Assembly (NCBI GenBank): GCA_963665815.1
Contig: OY762463.1
Location: 832,001-896,000, forward strand
Direction: 5' to 3'
DNA length: 64,000 nucleotides
Origin: Candidatus Cloacimonadales bacterium
Lineage (GTDB): Bacteria > Cloacimonadota > Cloacimonadia > Cloacimonadales > JAIOQZ01
Shown here piece by piece: positions 50,074 to 59,633 of this stretch. Position 1 is the first letter of the stretch. Each line of letters starts with the position of its first letter. A program made the translations under genes and the position numbers. The notes below the pieces were generated by a model. That model was not told the DNA's origin, searched no databases, and saw only the letters and a program-made list of their open reading frames with translations.

Positions 50074-50218
50074 ATACTTCTCCTTACTTTGATGTAATAA
50101 TTCCATAACTATATTTCCACTTGTCAATTTTTTTAATCTCTCCGGCATTGAATAATGATTTCAGTTTCAGAAATTATTTTTCTTGTTAAGAAAATTATAA
50201 TTTACCAACATTGTCTTT

Positions 50219-52573
50219 ATGGAAAAGAATAATAGAATTATCAGAAATATTATTTTAGTATATATCTTAATGAGTTGTGGATTAATGTTTGCGTCTGATA
50301 GTCTTATCACTAAAATCAATGATAAGACATTGGATGATATCTCGCGTTTGAGATTCATTAATCAATATATTGAGAAAGTATACAGATCAGACCCTGTAGA
50401 AGCATTAAAATACGTAGAGATTGCCATTCCTATATGCAAAAGGAACAATCTTCCTGAGTTTGAAGCGAAGATACTCGGAACTGTAGGAGTAGGTTATATC
50501 AGACATGAAATGTTTGATAAAGCACTGGACTTGATTACCCGTTCACTGGAAATCTCAGAATCCTGCAATGATACGCTGGGAGTAGCCTACAGTTATCAGG
50601 ATCTCGCAGAAATTCATATTAAACTGAAGAATCCTGACAAAGCTAAGGAATTTTTGCATAATTCCATAGAACTTTGGGAAAAACTTAATGATCCTGTGAA
50701 TCTGTCTATTTCTCACAGTAGAATGGCTAAAGTACATGCAGGTCTTAATGAACCTTTGAAAGCTCTGGAGTACTTCAAATCAGCGTTGAAATATGCAAAA
50801 CTAACTAAAAACGATGACAAGATTGGAAGAGCTCTGAATAATTTAGGCGCATTTTACAGACACGCCAAGGATTTTGAGACTGCTTTAAAGTTTTATAATG
50901 AAGCTCTTATATACAGACAAAAAACAGGAAATCCATATACAATTGGGTTTATGTTGAACAATATTGGTGATATTTACTATCAGGTTGGAAAGTATAACAA
51001 GGCTGAAGAATCTGTCCGAAAAGCTCTTGTTTATGCAGAACAAAGCGGAGTTGAACAACTCGTTACTACATCATACCAATATCTGGCTACAATTCTGGAA
51101 GCAAGACGGAAGTATAAGGAAGCTTTAACCTATTATAGAAAATATGTGGGGTACAGAGACAGTTTGTTCAACGAACAGGTAAGTCAGAAAATTGTAGATA
51201 TTCAAGTAAATCATGAAAAAGATAAAAAAAATCGTGAGATTGAAACACTGAAGAAAATCAATAATCTTACACTTCAGAAAACAAGGCTAACCAGAAATCT
51301 TATTGGTGCAGGTGGACTTTTTGTACTCATGATCGCATTGGCACTGTTCTTGCGACATAGAAACATTGTAAAACTTAATAGAGTACTCGATGAAAGCAAA
51401 AGGAAGTTCCAGGATATGTTTATAAAACACAGCGCTGTTATGATTCTGATAGAGCCGCATACGGGAGATATAAAAGGCTGTAACAATTCTGCAATTGAAT
51501 ATTATGGATATTCTGAAGATGAGCTGAATAAAGCAAATCTAACTGATATCTCTGCAATTGATTATGATGAACTAATAGGTAGAATAAGCATAATAGAATG
51601 TAATACTGTGCTTAAAATGCGTCACAGAATGCATGATTCAACCATGAAAGATGTAGAAATGTACATAACCCCAATGGTTCTTGAAGGTAATAAACTGCTT
51701 TATGCAATTGTTCAGGATGTTACTGAGAGAAACCAGTATCAGGCTAATCTTCATCACCTCAATAAGACTCTGGAAGAAAGAGTTGCGGAAGAAATTCAGA
51801 TAAGAAGACAGCAGGAAGAGAAGGCTATTGAACAGTCCAAGCTTGCTGCTCTTGGTCAATTAGCCGCAGGTATAGCCCATGAGATCAATCAACCATTGCA
51901 AAGCTTGTCATTCACTCTTGATAATTTGTTCGATATATTGAGAGATGAGGATATTAAAAGCCCATACTTCAGTAAGAAATCAAAATATCTGTATGAGGAT
52001 ATTGCCAGAATCAGAACCATAATTGATCATATAAGGGTTTTTTCCAGAAATCAATCGGAAGAAGCAATTGAGATGTTTGATGTAAACATAAGTATTGAAA
52101 ACGCATTACGTATGGTGAGTCAGCAATGTTTTAATAAGGGCATCAGAATAGTTGATACTTTATCAAAGCAATTACCTGAAGTATCAGGTAACACCTACAA
52201 ACTTGAGCAGGTCATACTGAATATTCTTGCAAATGCAAGAGATGCAATTCTTGAGAAAGCAAATACATACTGTACTGATTTCGAGATGATGATAAGAATA
52301 TCATCTTACATGAATGATAAATGCGTGCAGATTGCCATTGAGGACACCGGAACCGGACTTGATGAAGAAGTTAAAAAAAGCATATTCCTACCTTTCTTTA
52401 CAACAAAGGAACCCGGTGAAGGAACCGGACTGGGAATGTCAATCTCATATGGAATAATAAAGGATATGCAGGGAGAAATTGAAATAAGCAGTGAACCGGG
52501 TAAGGGAACTAAAATGATTATTTCACTGCCGGTTGTAGAAGGAGAACATATTGAAAATACTTGTAATAGATGA
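50219..52573 (+). CDS. Membrane sensor histidine kinase: periplasmic TPR repeats, TM, PAS, HisKA/HATPase
   Basis: N-terminal signal/anchor; TPRs (ALNNLGAFY, LNNIGDIY); TM LIGAGGLFVLMIALALFL; AGIAHEINQP; GTGLG. Confidence 0.93.
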   Translation: MEKNNRIIRNIILVYILMSCGLMFASDSLITKINDKTLDDISRLRFINQYIEKVYRSDPVEALKYVEIAIPICKRNNLPEFEAKILGTVGVGYIRHEMFDKALDLITRSLEISESCNDTLGVAYSYQDLAEIHIKLKNPDKAKEFLHNSIELWEKLNDPVNLSISHSRMAKVHAGLNEPLKALEYFKSALKYAKLTKNDDKIGRALNNLGAFYRHAKDFETALKFYNEALIYRQKTGNPYTIGFMLNNIGDIYYQVGKYNKAEESVRKALVYAEQSGVEQLVTTSYQYLATILEARRKYKEALTYYRKYVGYRDSLFNEQVSQKIVDIQVNHEKDKKNREIETLKKINNLTLQKTRLTRNLIGAGGLFVLMIALALFLRHRNIVKLNRVLDESKRKFQDMFIKHSAVMILIEPHTGDIKGCNNSAIEYYGYSEDELNKANLTDISAIDYDELIGRISIIECNTVLKMRHRMHDSTMKDVEMYITPMVLEGNKLLYAIVQDVTERNQYQANLHHLNKTLEERVAEEIQIRRQQEEKAIEQSKLAALGQLAAGIAHEINQPLQSLSFTLDNLFDILRDEDIKSPYFSKKSKYLYEDIARIRTIIDHIRVFSRNQSEEAIEMFDVNISIENALRMVSQQCFNKGIRIVDTLSKQLPEVSGNTYKLEQVILNILANARDAILEKANTYCTDFEMMIRISSYMNDKCVQIAIEDTGTGLDEEVKKSIFLPFFTTKEPGEGTGLGMSISYGIIKDMQGEIEISSEPGKGTKMIISLPVVEGEHIENTCNR

Positions 52574-53912
52574 TGAAATAAGAGTATGTGAAGAACTCGA
52601 AGAATACCTTAACAGAAAAAACTATTATGTAAAAACAGCTCATAGACCTTCTCTTGCATTTAATATACTTGATGAAGAAGACTTTGATATTGTAATACTT
52701 GATATCAAAATGCCGGAACTCAGCGGACTTGAAGTTTTAAAGATAATCAAGGGCAAATTCCCTGCAATAGAGGTAATAATGATCTCCGGTCATGGTGATA
52801 TGGATGTAGTAATTGAAGCTATGCAGTCCGGAGCTATTGATTTTCTGAAAAAACCATTCAGGATATTTGAGATACAGATTGCAATCCAGAGAACCAGGAA
52901 ATTCGTTGAACAGCAAAAAAGACTTAATCTTCTTGAGGATAGTAAGTCTTTGTTATCAGGAGAACTGGAAGAGATGACCGGTAAAGAACTGGTTGGAAGC
53001 AGTGAAGCAATCAGGAATACATTGTCTCAAGCTCTTAAAGCAGCTGAGTTTCCTGATGTTAACGTGCTTATAACAGGAGAAAGTGGTACCGGGAAAGAGA
53101 TATTCGCAAGAATTATCCATTACGCAAGCCCCAGAGCATCCCAGAAAGTTTTTTCTGTAAACTGTTCAGCTATCCCTGAATCTCTTATGGAGAGTCAGTT
53201 TTTCGGTCATGAGAAAGGTGCATTTACAGGAGCAGTAACATCAAAAAAAGGTTTTTTTGAATTAGCTGATCGTGGTTCACTTTTTCTGGATGAAATCGCT
53301 GAAATGCCTCTAAATCTGCAGTCAAAATTACTGAGGACACTTGAGGAAAAAAGTATAACAAAAGTTGGTAGTTCTAAAGAGACTCATGTAGATGTAAGAG
53401 TCATATCGGCAACACATTGTAATGTGGAGAACATGATAGCAGATAAGACTTTCAGACTCGATCTTTACCACAGACTTAATGTTATAAAAATACATATACC
53501 CCCATTACGTGAAAGAACAGAAGACATAGAGCCATTAGTGAATCATTTCGTACATAATTTTGCCAGAAAAACCGGTAAAAATATTCCCGATATTCCCTAC
53601 AGATTCATTGAAGATCTGAAACAATACTCCTTTCCGGGGAATGTACGAGAATTAAAAAATCTTGTTGAGAGAACGATGATCTTATGCGAGGGTAAAAGCC
53701 TTTCACCGGAATTGATCCCTGTTAGCAAAGAAATTACTGTAAAGGATGATAATTCTTTAAGGAGAAAGAGTTTCAATCTGGATGAGAATGAGAGACAGTT
53801 GATTACTGAAGTTCTTGAAGAAACTTCAGGTAACCAGAGCAAGGCTGCTGCTCTGCTCGGAATCTCAAGACATTCACTAATAAGAAGACTCAGTAAATAT
53901 GATATTAAATAG
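52551..53912 (+). CDS. NtrC-family sigma54-dependent response regulator (REC-AAA+-Fis HTH)
   Basis: GESGTGKE, GAFTGA, LFLDEI, FPGNVREL, GNQSKAAALLGISR; overlaps the kinase stop. Confidence 0.96.
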   Translation: MKILVIDDEIRVCEELEEYLNRKNYYVKTAHRPSLAFNILDEEDFDIVILDIKMPELSGLEVLKIIKGKFPAIEVIMISGHGDMDVVIEAMQSGAIDFLKKPFRIFEIQIAIQRTRKFVEQQKRLNLLEDSKSLLSGELEEMTGKELVGSSEAIRNTLSQALKAAEFPDVNVLITGESGTGKEIFARIIHYASPRASQKVFSVNCSAIPESLMESQFFGHEKGAFTGAVTSKKGFFELADRGSLFLDEIAEMPLNLQSKLLRTLEEKSITKVGSSKETHVDVRVISATHCNVENMIADKTFRLDLYHRLNVIKIHIPPLRERTEDIEPLVNHFVHNFARKTGKNIPDIPYRFIEDLKQYSFPGNVRELKNLVERTMILCEGKSLSPELIPVSKEITVKDDNSLRRKSFNLDENERQLITEVLEETSGNQSKAAALLGISRHSLIRRLSKYDIK

Positions 53913-53917
53913 ACAAA

Positions 53918-53972
53918 TTGATACTTGTATCAAAAAAGCACACTGTGCGATTATGCTACAATATTCCGCACA
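53918..53972. promoter_or_regulatory. Candidate upstream activator sequences for the sigma54 promoter
   Basis: TTGATAC-tt-GTATCAA (53918-53933) and TGTGCG-N17-CGCACA (53944-53972), 70-125 nt upstream of the -24 box. Confidence 0.45.
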
Positions 53973-54042
53973 ATCATTACAGTATTGTCGAGTTATATCA
54001 GCAAAATGACAATAATTCAAAAGAAAAATACTTAATTTTGAA

Positions 54043-54058
54043 TGGCACGGTTCTTGTT
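54043..54058 (+). promoter_or_regulatory. Sigma54 (-24/-12) promoter
   Basis: TGGCACGGTTCTTGTT versus consensus TGGCAC-N5-TTGC; directly downstream of a GAFTGA activator gene. Confidence 0.75.
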
Positions 54059-54104
54059 ATATTAAAGACCGTTAATTAAAAAAAATCATAGAATGGAGTA
54101 CAAA

Positions 54105-56954
54105 ATGAAGAAATTTATTTTATTGTTATTATTAACATCATTAGCAATCACTTCAGTATCTGCGTTGAAAATTTTCGGCGACAGACTTACTAATGAACAA
54201 TTTGGTAATAGCGTTGCAAGTGATGGAAATTGGGCTGTAACAGGCGCAAAATTCTGGTATGGAGGAGATCCAAATTATTCCGGAGCAATTTATATTTACA
54301 AAAGAACTTCCCCCGAATGGAATACAGACTGGCTCAGGTATGACAGAATTCAGCCTGCCAACAGTTCAACATGGGGACACGCAGGATTTGATGTAGATAT
54401 TAAAGGTAGTTACATCATCACTGGTGGAGACTATGCGGCAAAAGCAAGTATCTTTAAACTTGTCGGAGACAACTGGAATAATGAAATAGTCTTAGCTAAT
54501 CCCTCAAGTGATAATTATTTCGGAAGATCAGTAGATCTTGCAACCAATTACGCAATTGTCGGAGCAAATGATCATACATTTGCTTCACATGCAGGAACAG
54601 CCTATATTTACTCAAAGAACGAGGGTGGAGCTGATAACTGGGGTTATATCAAACAGCTTGTTGCATCAGATGTTTCGAGTAATGATTACTTTGGCACTTC
54701 TGTAGCTATCGATGGTAATATTGCCGTTGTTGGAGCTTACGGAAGAGATGGAGTTTATGTATACAGAAGAGATGAAGGTGGAGCAAATAACTGGGGAGAA
54801 TCTCAGATACTTGTTGGTAGTGACACTGTTCCCGGAGATGACTTCGGATATGATGTTGATCTTGATGGAATATGGCTTACTGTCGGTTCAAAGGATTCGT
54901 ATGAATTCTATATTTTTAAAGATGTTAATGGAACTTTCGTTGAGCATGCACATTTTAACACACCGGCTGCAGGTGCTTCAGTTGCGATTGATGCTCCATA
55001 TTGCATTGTTGGTGGATCACCTACACATACAACACAAAAAGCATACCTTTACAAACTTGATCTTAATTCAGATTCATGGAATTTACTGGAAGAAGTACAG
55101 AGACCTGTTGAGTCTGCTACATGGTCAGCAGATGTTGAAGTTTCAGGTAATCAAATCTTCATTACAGATGATCAGCAGGAATTAAATACACTTAATTCAG
55201 GAACAGAAGGTGCATGTTACATTTTTGGTGCTGAAGCTGATTATGAAGGTAAACCTCATGGAACTTTCACTATTGAAAACTATGAAGCAGGACCTGTTCT
55301 TGCAAACTGGATGTACAGTGAAGCAAACATGCCTTATGTTCATAATGCAAATGATATTTATAACGTATATGCTTATGAGACACTTCAATGGAATGAAACA
55401 GAAGGTGCTGGAAGATATCTTACAGAAGCACATCTGCACAGAGAAGATGCAGCTGTTTTTGATGGGTTAAATCCCGATCTTCTTGATATGTCAATGGACA
55501 GCTTCAGTTTATCAGGATATAGAAAATTCAATACAGAGAGTAATTTCTTAACCTGGGATGACTGGGGAACTCCAGCAGCAGGTGATAATAGATTCTATGA
55601 TGGTGGAAACGGCTCAATAACATATGATGGGCAAAACAAACTTGTATGGAGTAATATGAGAATTAACTTCACGACTCCTTATCCATTCAAACAAACAATA
55701 AGTGGAAATAGAGTTGGAACAGGTGGAGCAATTGTCGGTGATGGTCAGGCTGATCTTGACGTTGCAAACTGTGATCCTGCCTGGTTAGCTGAATTTGACC
55801 CTGACGGAACCGGTCAATTAAGATTTGTGTTCGATTCATTCTCTCCCGTACATCAGAGTGCATATGGATACTATAATTTTGATGTTACTATTACACCTGT
55901 ACTGGTTCCGATAACTTACAGCAGAGATGATGTACCAGTTGAAGGTGATGGTGTTAATCATCCTGTCTCAATGGATGACGAAGGTGTAGATTTCTTCTTC
56001 CAGGATATCTATTTTGGAACAGGTGACGGTAATGACTTAATCTGTGAACTATTCAGAGAAGCACCAAATGGAAACGTACCGGATGGAATTAATTCAATGC
56101 CTGACAGATACTGGCACTTTGGTACAACTTTTGATAGTTTCCTTGCAAGCATATATTTTGATATCAGTCAATTACCAAGTCCGGGAGACATGGCAAACCT
56201 GAGAATATATCGCAGAATTGATGAAGATTCTGACTGGGAAGAATGGGCAGATGTATCAATCGAGGATCAGGTTACACTGAGAGCAGACAATGTAAACGGT
56301 TTCAGTGACTGGATGGTAGCCTCCACTGAAGATGGAACACTTCCTGTTGAACTTTCTTCATTTAATGCAATTCAGACAAAGTCTAACTTTGCTGAGATTC
56401 AGTGGATCACTCAATCAGAATCAGATAATCAGGGATTCAATATATACAAGAGTGAAAGCGATTTATATTATGAATCACAAAAAATAAATGCAGGTGTTAT
56501 CAGTGGTCATAATTCCAGTACTCAGTCAGAGTACAGTTTCACTGATATCGATGTAAACTTTGAAAGAACTTACTACTACTGGCTGGAAAGTGTTTCCCTT
56601 GACGGAAACTCAAAAACTTACGGTCCTGTATCAGTAACAATTAAGAGAGAAGATTCCGACGTTCCTGATGTACAGTACGTAACAGAATTGTCGTCAATCT
56701 ATCCAAATCCATTCAATCCAAAGACAAACATCAGTTACAGTATTGAGGAATCAGGAATGGTACAACTGGATGTCTTCAATCTTAAAGGTCAAAAAGTGAA
56801 AACTCTGGTAAGCTCTGTTGTTGACGCCGGTGAACATGTTGTAACCTGGAAAGGTGATACAGATTCCGGTAAAAGTGCGGCAACAGGCATGTATTTCGTA
56901 AGAATGAATACGAAAAATTTCAGGGAAACAAGAAAGATACTCATGATTAAATAA
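54105..56954 (+). CDS. Secreted FG-GAP (integrin-alpha-type) propeller protein with unknown central domain and T9SS-type C-terminal domain
   Basis: FGNSVA/FGRSVD/FGTSVA...VGA...GxAYIY repeats; LPVELSSF module; IYPNPFNP CTD; start MKKF behind GGAG. Confidence 0.88.
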   Translation: MKKFILLLLLTSLAITSVSALKIFGDRLTNEQFGNSVASDGNWAVTGAKFWYGGDPNYSGAIYIYKRTSPEWNTDWLRYDRIQPANSSTWGHAGFDVDIKGSYIITGGDYAAKASIFKLVGDNWNNEIVLANPSSDNYFGRSVDLATNYAIVGANDHTFASHAGTAYIYSKNEGGADNWGYIKQLVASDVSSNDYFGTSVAIDGNIAVVGAYGRDGVYVYRRDEGGANNWGESQILVGSDTVPGDDFGYDVDLDGIWLTVGSKDSYEFYIFKDVNGTFVEHAHFNTPAAGASVAIDAPYCIVGGSPTHTTQKAYLYKLDLNSDSWNLLEEVQRPVESATWSADVEVSGNQIFITDDQQELNTLNSGTEGACYIFGAEADYEGKPHGTFTIENYEAGPVLANWMYSEANMPYVHNANDIYNVYAYETLQWNETEGAGRYLTEAHLHREDAAVFDGLNPDLLDMSMDSFSLSGYRKFNTESNFLTWDDWGTPAAGDNRFYDGGNGSITYDGQNKLVWSNMRINFTTPYPFKQTISGNRVGTGGAIVGDGQADLDVANCDPAWLAEFDPDGTGQLRFVFDSFSPVHQSAYGYYNFDVTITPVLVPITYSRDDVPVEGDGVNHPVSMDDEGVDFFFQDIYFGTGDGNDLICELFREAPNGNVPDGINSMPDRYWHFGTTFDSFLASIYFDISQLPSPGDMANLRIYRRIDEDSDWEEWADVSIEDQVTLRADNVNGFSDWMVASTEDGTLPVELSSFNAIQTKSNFAEIQWITQSESDNQGFNIYKSESDLYYESQKINAGVISGHNSSTQSEYSFTDIDVNFERTYYYWLESVSLDGNSKTYGPVSVTIKREDSDVPDVQYVTELSSIYPNPFNPKTNISYSIEESGMVQLDVFNLKGQKVKTLVSSVVDAGEHVVTWKGDTDSGKSAATGMYFVRMNTKNFRETRKILMIK

Positions 56955-57019
56955 CATAGTATCATCATGTACAGATTTCAAGAATCACATTTTTGAAATT
57001 TGTTGATATATGATGTCAC

Positions 57020-57053
57020 AAAAGCAGGAGTCCGGTCAACTCCTGCTTTTTTT
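57020..57053 (+). terminator. Rho-independent terminator
   Basis: AAAAGCAGGAGT-ccggtca-ACTCCTGCTTTTTTT. Confidence 0.88.
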
Positions 57054-57192
57054 ATGCGTGCTCAGAAAAAAAAACTTGCAGAAAAAGTGGCTTTACACAT
57101 TACTTCAGCATTATTTCTTTATTACAATAAACTATCTTGACTAAATCGTTAATTGACTAACTTTTCAACATTTTAACTCTGAAGGAGTACCT

Positions 57193-58434
57193 ATGAAAAC
57201 TTGTTTCAAACATCTTATGTTACTTTTGTTTGTGTTTACTTCAACCTTAATTTTCGCTGAAGAATTTTTAATTGATTTCGGTGCTCAGTACACTCACTCT
57301 GGTCCATGGAACACGATTGATGGAACCTCAACAATTTATAATAATTTGATTGATAATGATACAGAAACAGCTACTTCAGCATTTCTTACATTGTCAGAAG
57401 TTTTGGAAGGGTTTGGTAATGAAAGTAACTATTCATCAGGTGATATGCACTGGTTTCATGAAGAAATATGTGATGATATGCTTTATTATGATGGAGGTCA
57501 ACCACAAATAATTACTATTTCAGGTCTTGTAGAAAGCTCATATCAAGTTGAGATTATCAGTCTTTCAAGTCTGGGAGTTCTATCAGGAACATATGAAGTT
57601 AATTCCACTTATGCTCAACGTTCATTCAATACGAGCCCGAATCCAGACTGTAGTCTTGACTGGGACTCATATAATGATGGTTATATGACTACAGACTGGA
57701 TGATATGGGATGATGTAGCACCAGTTGGTGGTGTTATAACAATTGATGCAATCAGTTCCGGTATAAATCCTTTAATGCTGATAAATGCTATCAGAATAAA
57801 CTATAATGACGGTTCTCTCCCAGTCGAACTTTCATCTTTTAATGCTATGCAGAATGAATCAGATTTTGCAGAAATCCAGTGGATTACACAATCTGAAACT
57901 GAGCAGGCAGGATTCAATATCCTTAAAAGTAGCTCCCAAAACAATGATGAAGCTATGATAGTTAACAGCAGTATTATTGCTGCAGCCAACACTGCAACCG
58001 GAAGTGAATATTCTTTTACAGATATAGATGTTGATTTTGATGAAACATACTACTATTGGCTTGAGAGTGTTTCACTGGATAATAATGTAAAACTTTACGG
58101 TCCGGTTTCAATTACAATTGAAAGAGACAAGGAAGATGATACACCTGATGCAGAATATTCAGATATGATCTCTGCAATTTACCCTAATCCATTCAATCCT
58201 GAAACAAACATCGATTTCAGTATTAAATCAACAGGTAATGTGACACTGGAAGTCTATAATCTTAAAGGTCAGGTAGTGAAAACTCTAATTAATAGTGAAG
58301 TCGAAGCCGGAGAGCATAGTATTACCTGGCACGGTGACACAGATTCCGGTGCTAATGCTGCAACGGGAGTTTATTTTATTAAGCTGCAGACAAATGAGTA
58401 TCAACAGACTAAAAAAGTTATGATGATTAAATAA
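57193..58434 (+). CDS. Secreted protein with beta-rich N-domain, LPVELSSF module and T9SS-type C-terminal domain
   Basis: AAGGAG RBS; signal peptide; C-terminal half homologous to that of 54105. Confidence 0.85.
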   Translation: MKTCFKHLMLLLFVFTSTLIFAEEFLIDFGAQYTHSGPWNTIDGTSTIYNNLIDNDTETATSAFLTLSEVLEGFGNESNYSSGDMHWFHEEICDDMLYYDGGQPQIITISGLVESSYQVEIISLSSLGVLSGTYEVNSTYAQRSFNTSPNPDCSLDWDSYNDGYMTTDWMIWDDVAPVGGVITIDAISSGINPLMLINAIRINYNDGSLPVELSSFNAMQNESDFAEIQWITQSETEQAGFNILKSSSQNNDEAMIVNSSIIAAANTATGSEYSFTDIDVDFDETYYYWLESVSLDNNVKLYGPVSITIERDKEDDTPDAEYSDMISAIYPNPFNPETNIDFSIKSTGNVTLEVYNLKGQVVKTLINSEVEAGEHSITWHGDTDSGANAATGVYFIKLQTNEYQQTKKVMMIK

Positions 58435-58459
58435 TTATAAAAATTTACACGCACTTTTT

Positions 58460-58491
58460 AAGCAGGAATCAGCTTGATTCCTGCTTTTTTA
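58460..58491 (+). terminator. Rho-independent terminator between convergent genes
   Basis: AAGCAGGAATCA-gct-TGATTCCTGCTTTTTT. Confidence 0.85.
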
Positions 58492-58503
58492 TTTTATAAT
58501 TTA

Positions 58504-59067
58504 CTAAAGTGTTGCTCCAAATTCTTCGTACTTCTTCAATAATTCAGGTTTATCACATTTTCCACTCATTCCGGTGAAATCACCTTCATGAATTACTGCT
58601 ACTTTTTCCATTCCCCAGAACTGCTTGCCCAGCCATTTTTCCAGATAGTCAGAGACTTCCTTGAATACTTCAGTTGGAGCACCGGAAGTAACAACAGTAA
58701 TAAATTTCTTTCCGGGGATGTCTCTCATGCTGAAATCCTTCATTACAAATGTATAAAAACGATCCAGCATAGTTTTGAACTTACCGGTAACCTGTCCCAT
58801 ATAGACAGGTGAGGAAAATATAACAAGGTCAGCATCACGTATTGCAGGCAGAAGCGTATTTTTGAAATCATCGTCAAAGATGCAGTCTTTTTCCAAGTGC
58901 ACTTCATTAGAGTTCTCGCAAGCCACACAGTGTTTAATATCCATGTCATATAGCTGCATGTCTTTGCAGGTATGATTGTTCTTTTCTGCTCCTCTCATAA
59001 TCGCTTTTGCAATATTGTGGGTGTTTCCTTTGGGGTTCGGACTTCCGTTTATAGCCAGTATTTTCAT
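58504..59067 (-). CDS. Flavodoxin-fold NADPH-dependent FMN reductase / iron-sulfur flavoprotein-like
   Basis: INGSPNPKGNT, CVAC...C, SSPVYMG, KTMLDR. Confidence 0.88.
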   Translation of the reverse strand: MKILAINGSPNPKGNTHNIAKAIMRGAEKNNHTCKDMQLYDMDIKHCVACENSNEVHLEKDCIFDDDFKNTLLPAIRDADLVIFSSPVYMGQVTGKFKTMLDRFYTFVMKDFSMRDIPGKKFITVVTSGAPTEVFKEVSDYLEKWLGKQFWGMEKVAVIHEGDFTGMSGKCDKPELLKKYEEFGATL

Positions 59068-59158
59068 AGTTTCACTCCGGTATTAGATTAGTAAGTTAGC
59101 ATAGTTTCAAGTGGAATATTGAGAGATATTCAGTGTTTTGTCAAATGAAATCGTTTCG

Positions 59159-59623
59159 TTATCTCTTAATACTTTCTGTTATATTTGGTTCTGAAACAGA
59201 TTGAGTTGCATCATTATACAAATGAGAGGCATCAATAAAATTATAGTTTTCATCAATCTCATCAAGCACTTTATTAGCAAAATCTTTTGGATTGACATGA
59301 AATTTACCATCATCAATAACAATATCTGAAACATTCCAATTGATTACTCCCTGTTCTTTAAAAACTGCATTATGGAACAAACCGTTTCGGAATTGTGACC
59401 AGAAATCTCTAGCTTTTTTTTTCTGTTTGAGCTCAAACATATTAAACAAATACTTCACAGCTTCATTAGTTATATCATCATTGTCTTTGATATTAAATTT
59501 ATCCCTTAAGTACCGTTCAAGTATCGGAAATGTTGCTATCAGAATAATGAAACCATTATGATTACTCTTGCACAATTCTCTAATTGGGTCGTAGTACCAA
59601 CGTTTGAAATCCTCTTTTGTCAT
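59159..59623 (-). CDS. Hypothetical protein
   Basis: AGGAG RBS; 154-aa ORF with an FRNGLFH (RxxxxH) motif. Confidence 0.65.
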   Translation of the reverse strand: MTKEDFKRWYYDPIRELCKSNHNGFIILIATFPILERYLRDKFNIKDNDDITNEAVKYLFNMFELKQKKKARDFWSQFRNGLFHNAVFKEQGVINWNVSDIVIDDGKFHVNPKDFANKVLDEIDENYNFIDASHLYNDATQSVSEPNITESIKR

Positions 59624-59633
59624 TTTCTAACTC

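Noticed and set aside
50074-50148. 25-codon upstream extension of the second ACP-like ORF given by the ORF track
   Set aside because: The AAGGAG RBS and the paralog's matching MKTKL start support ATG 50073; the extension would mask the signal peptide
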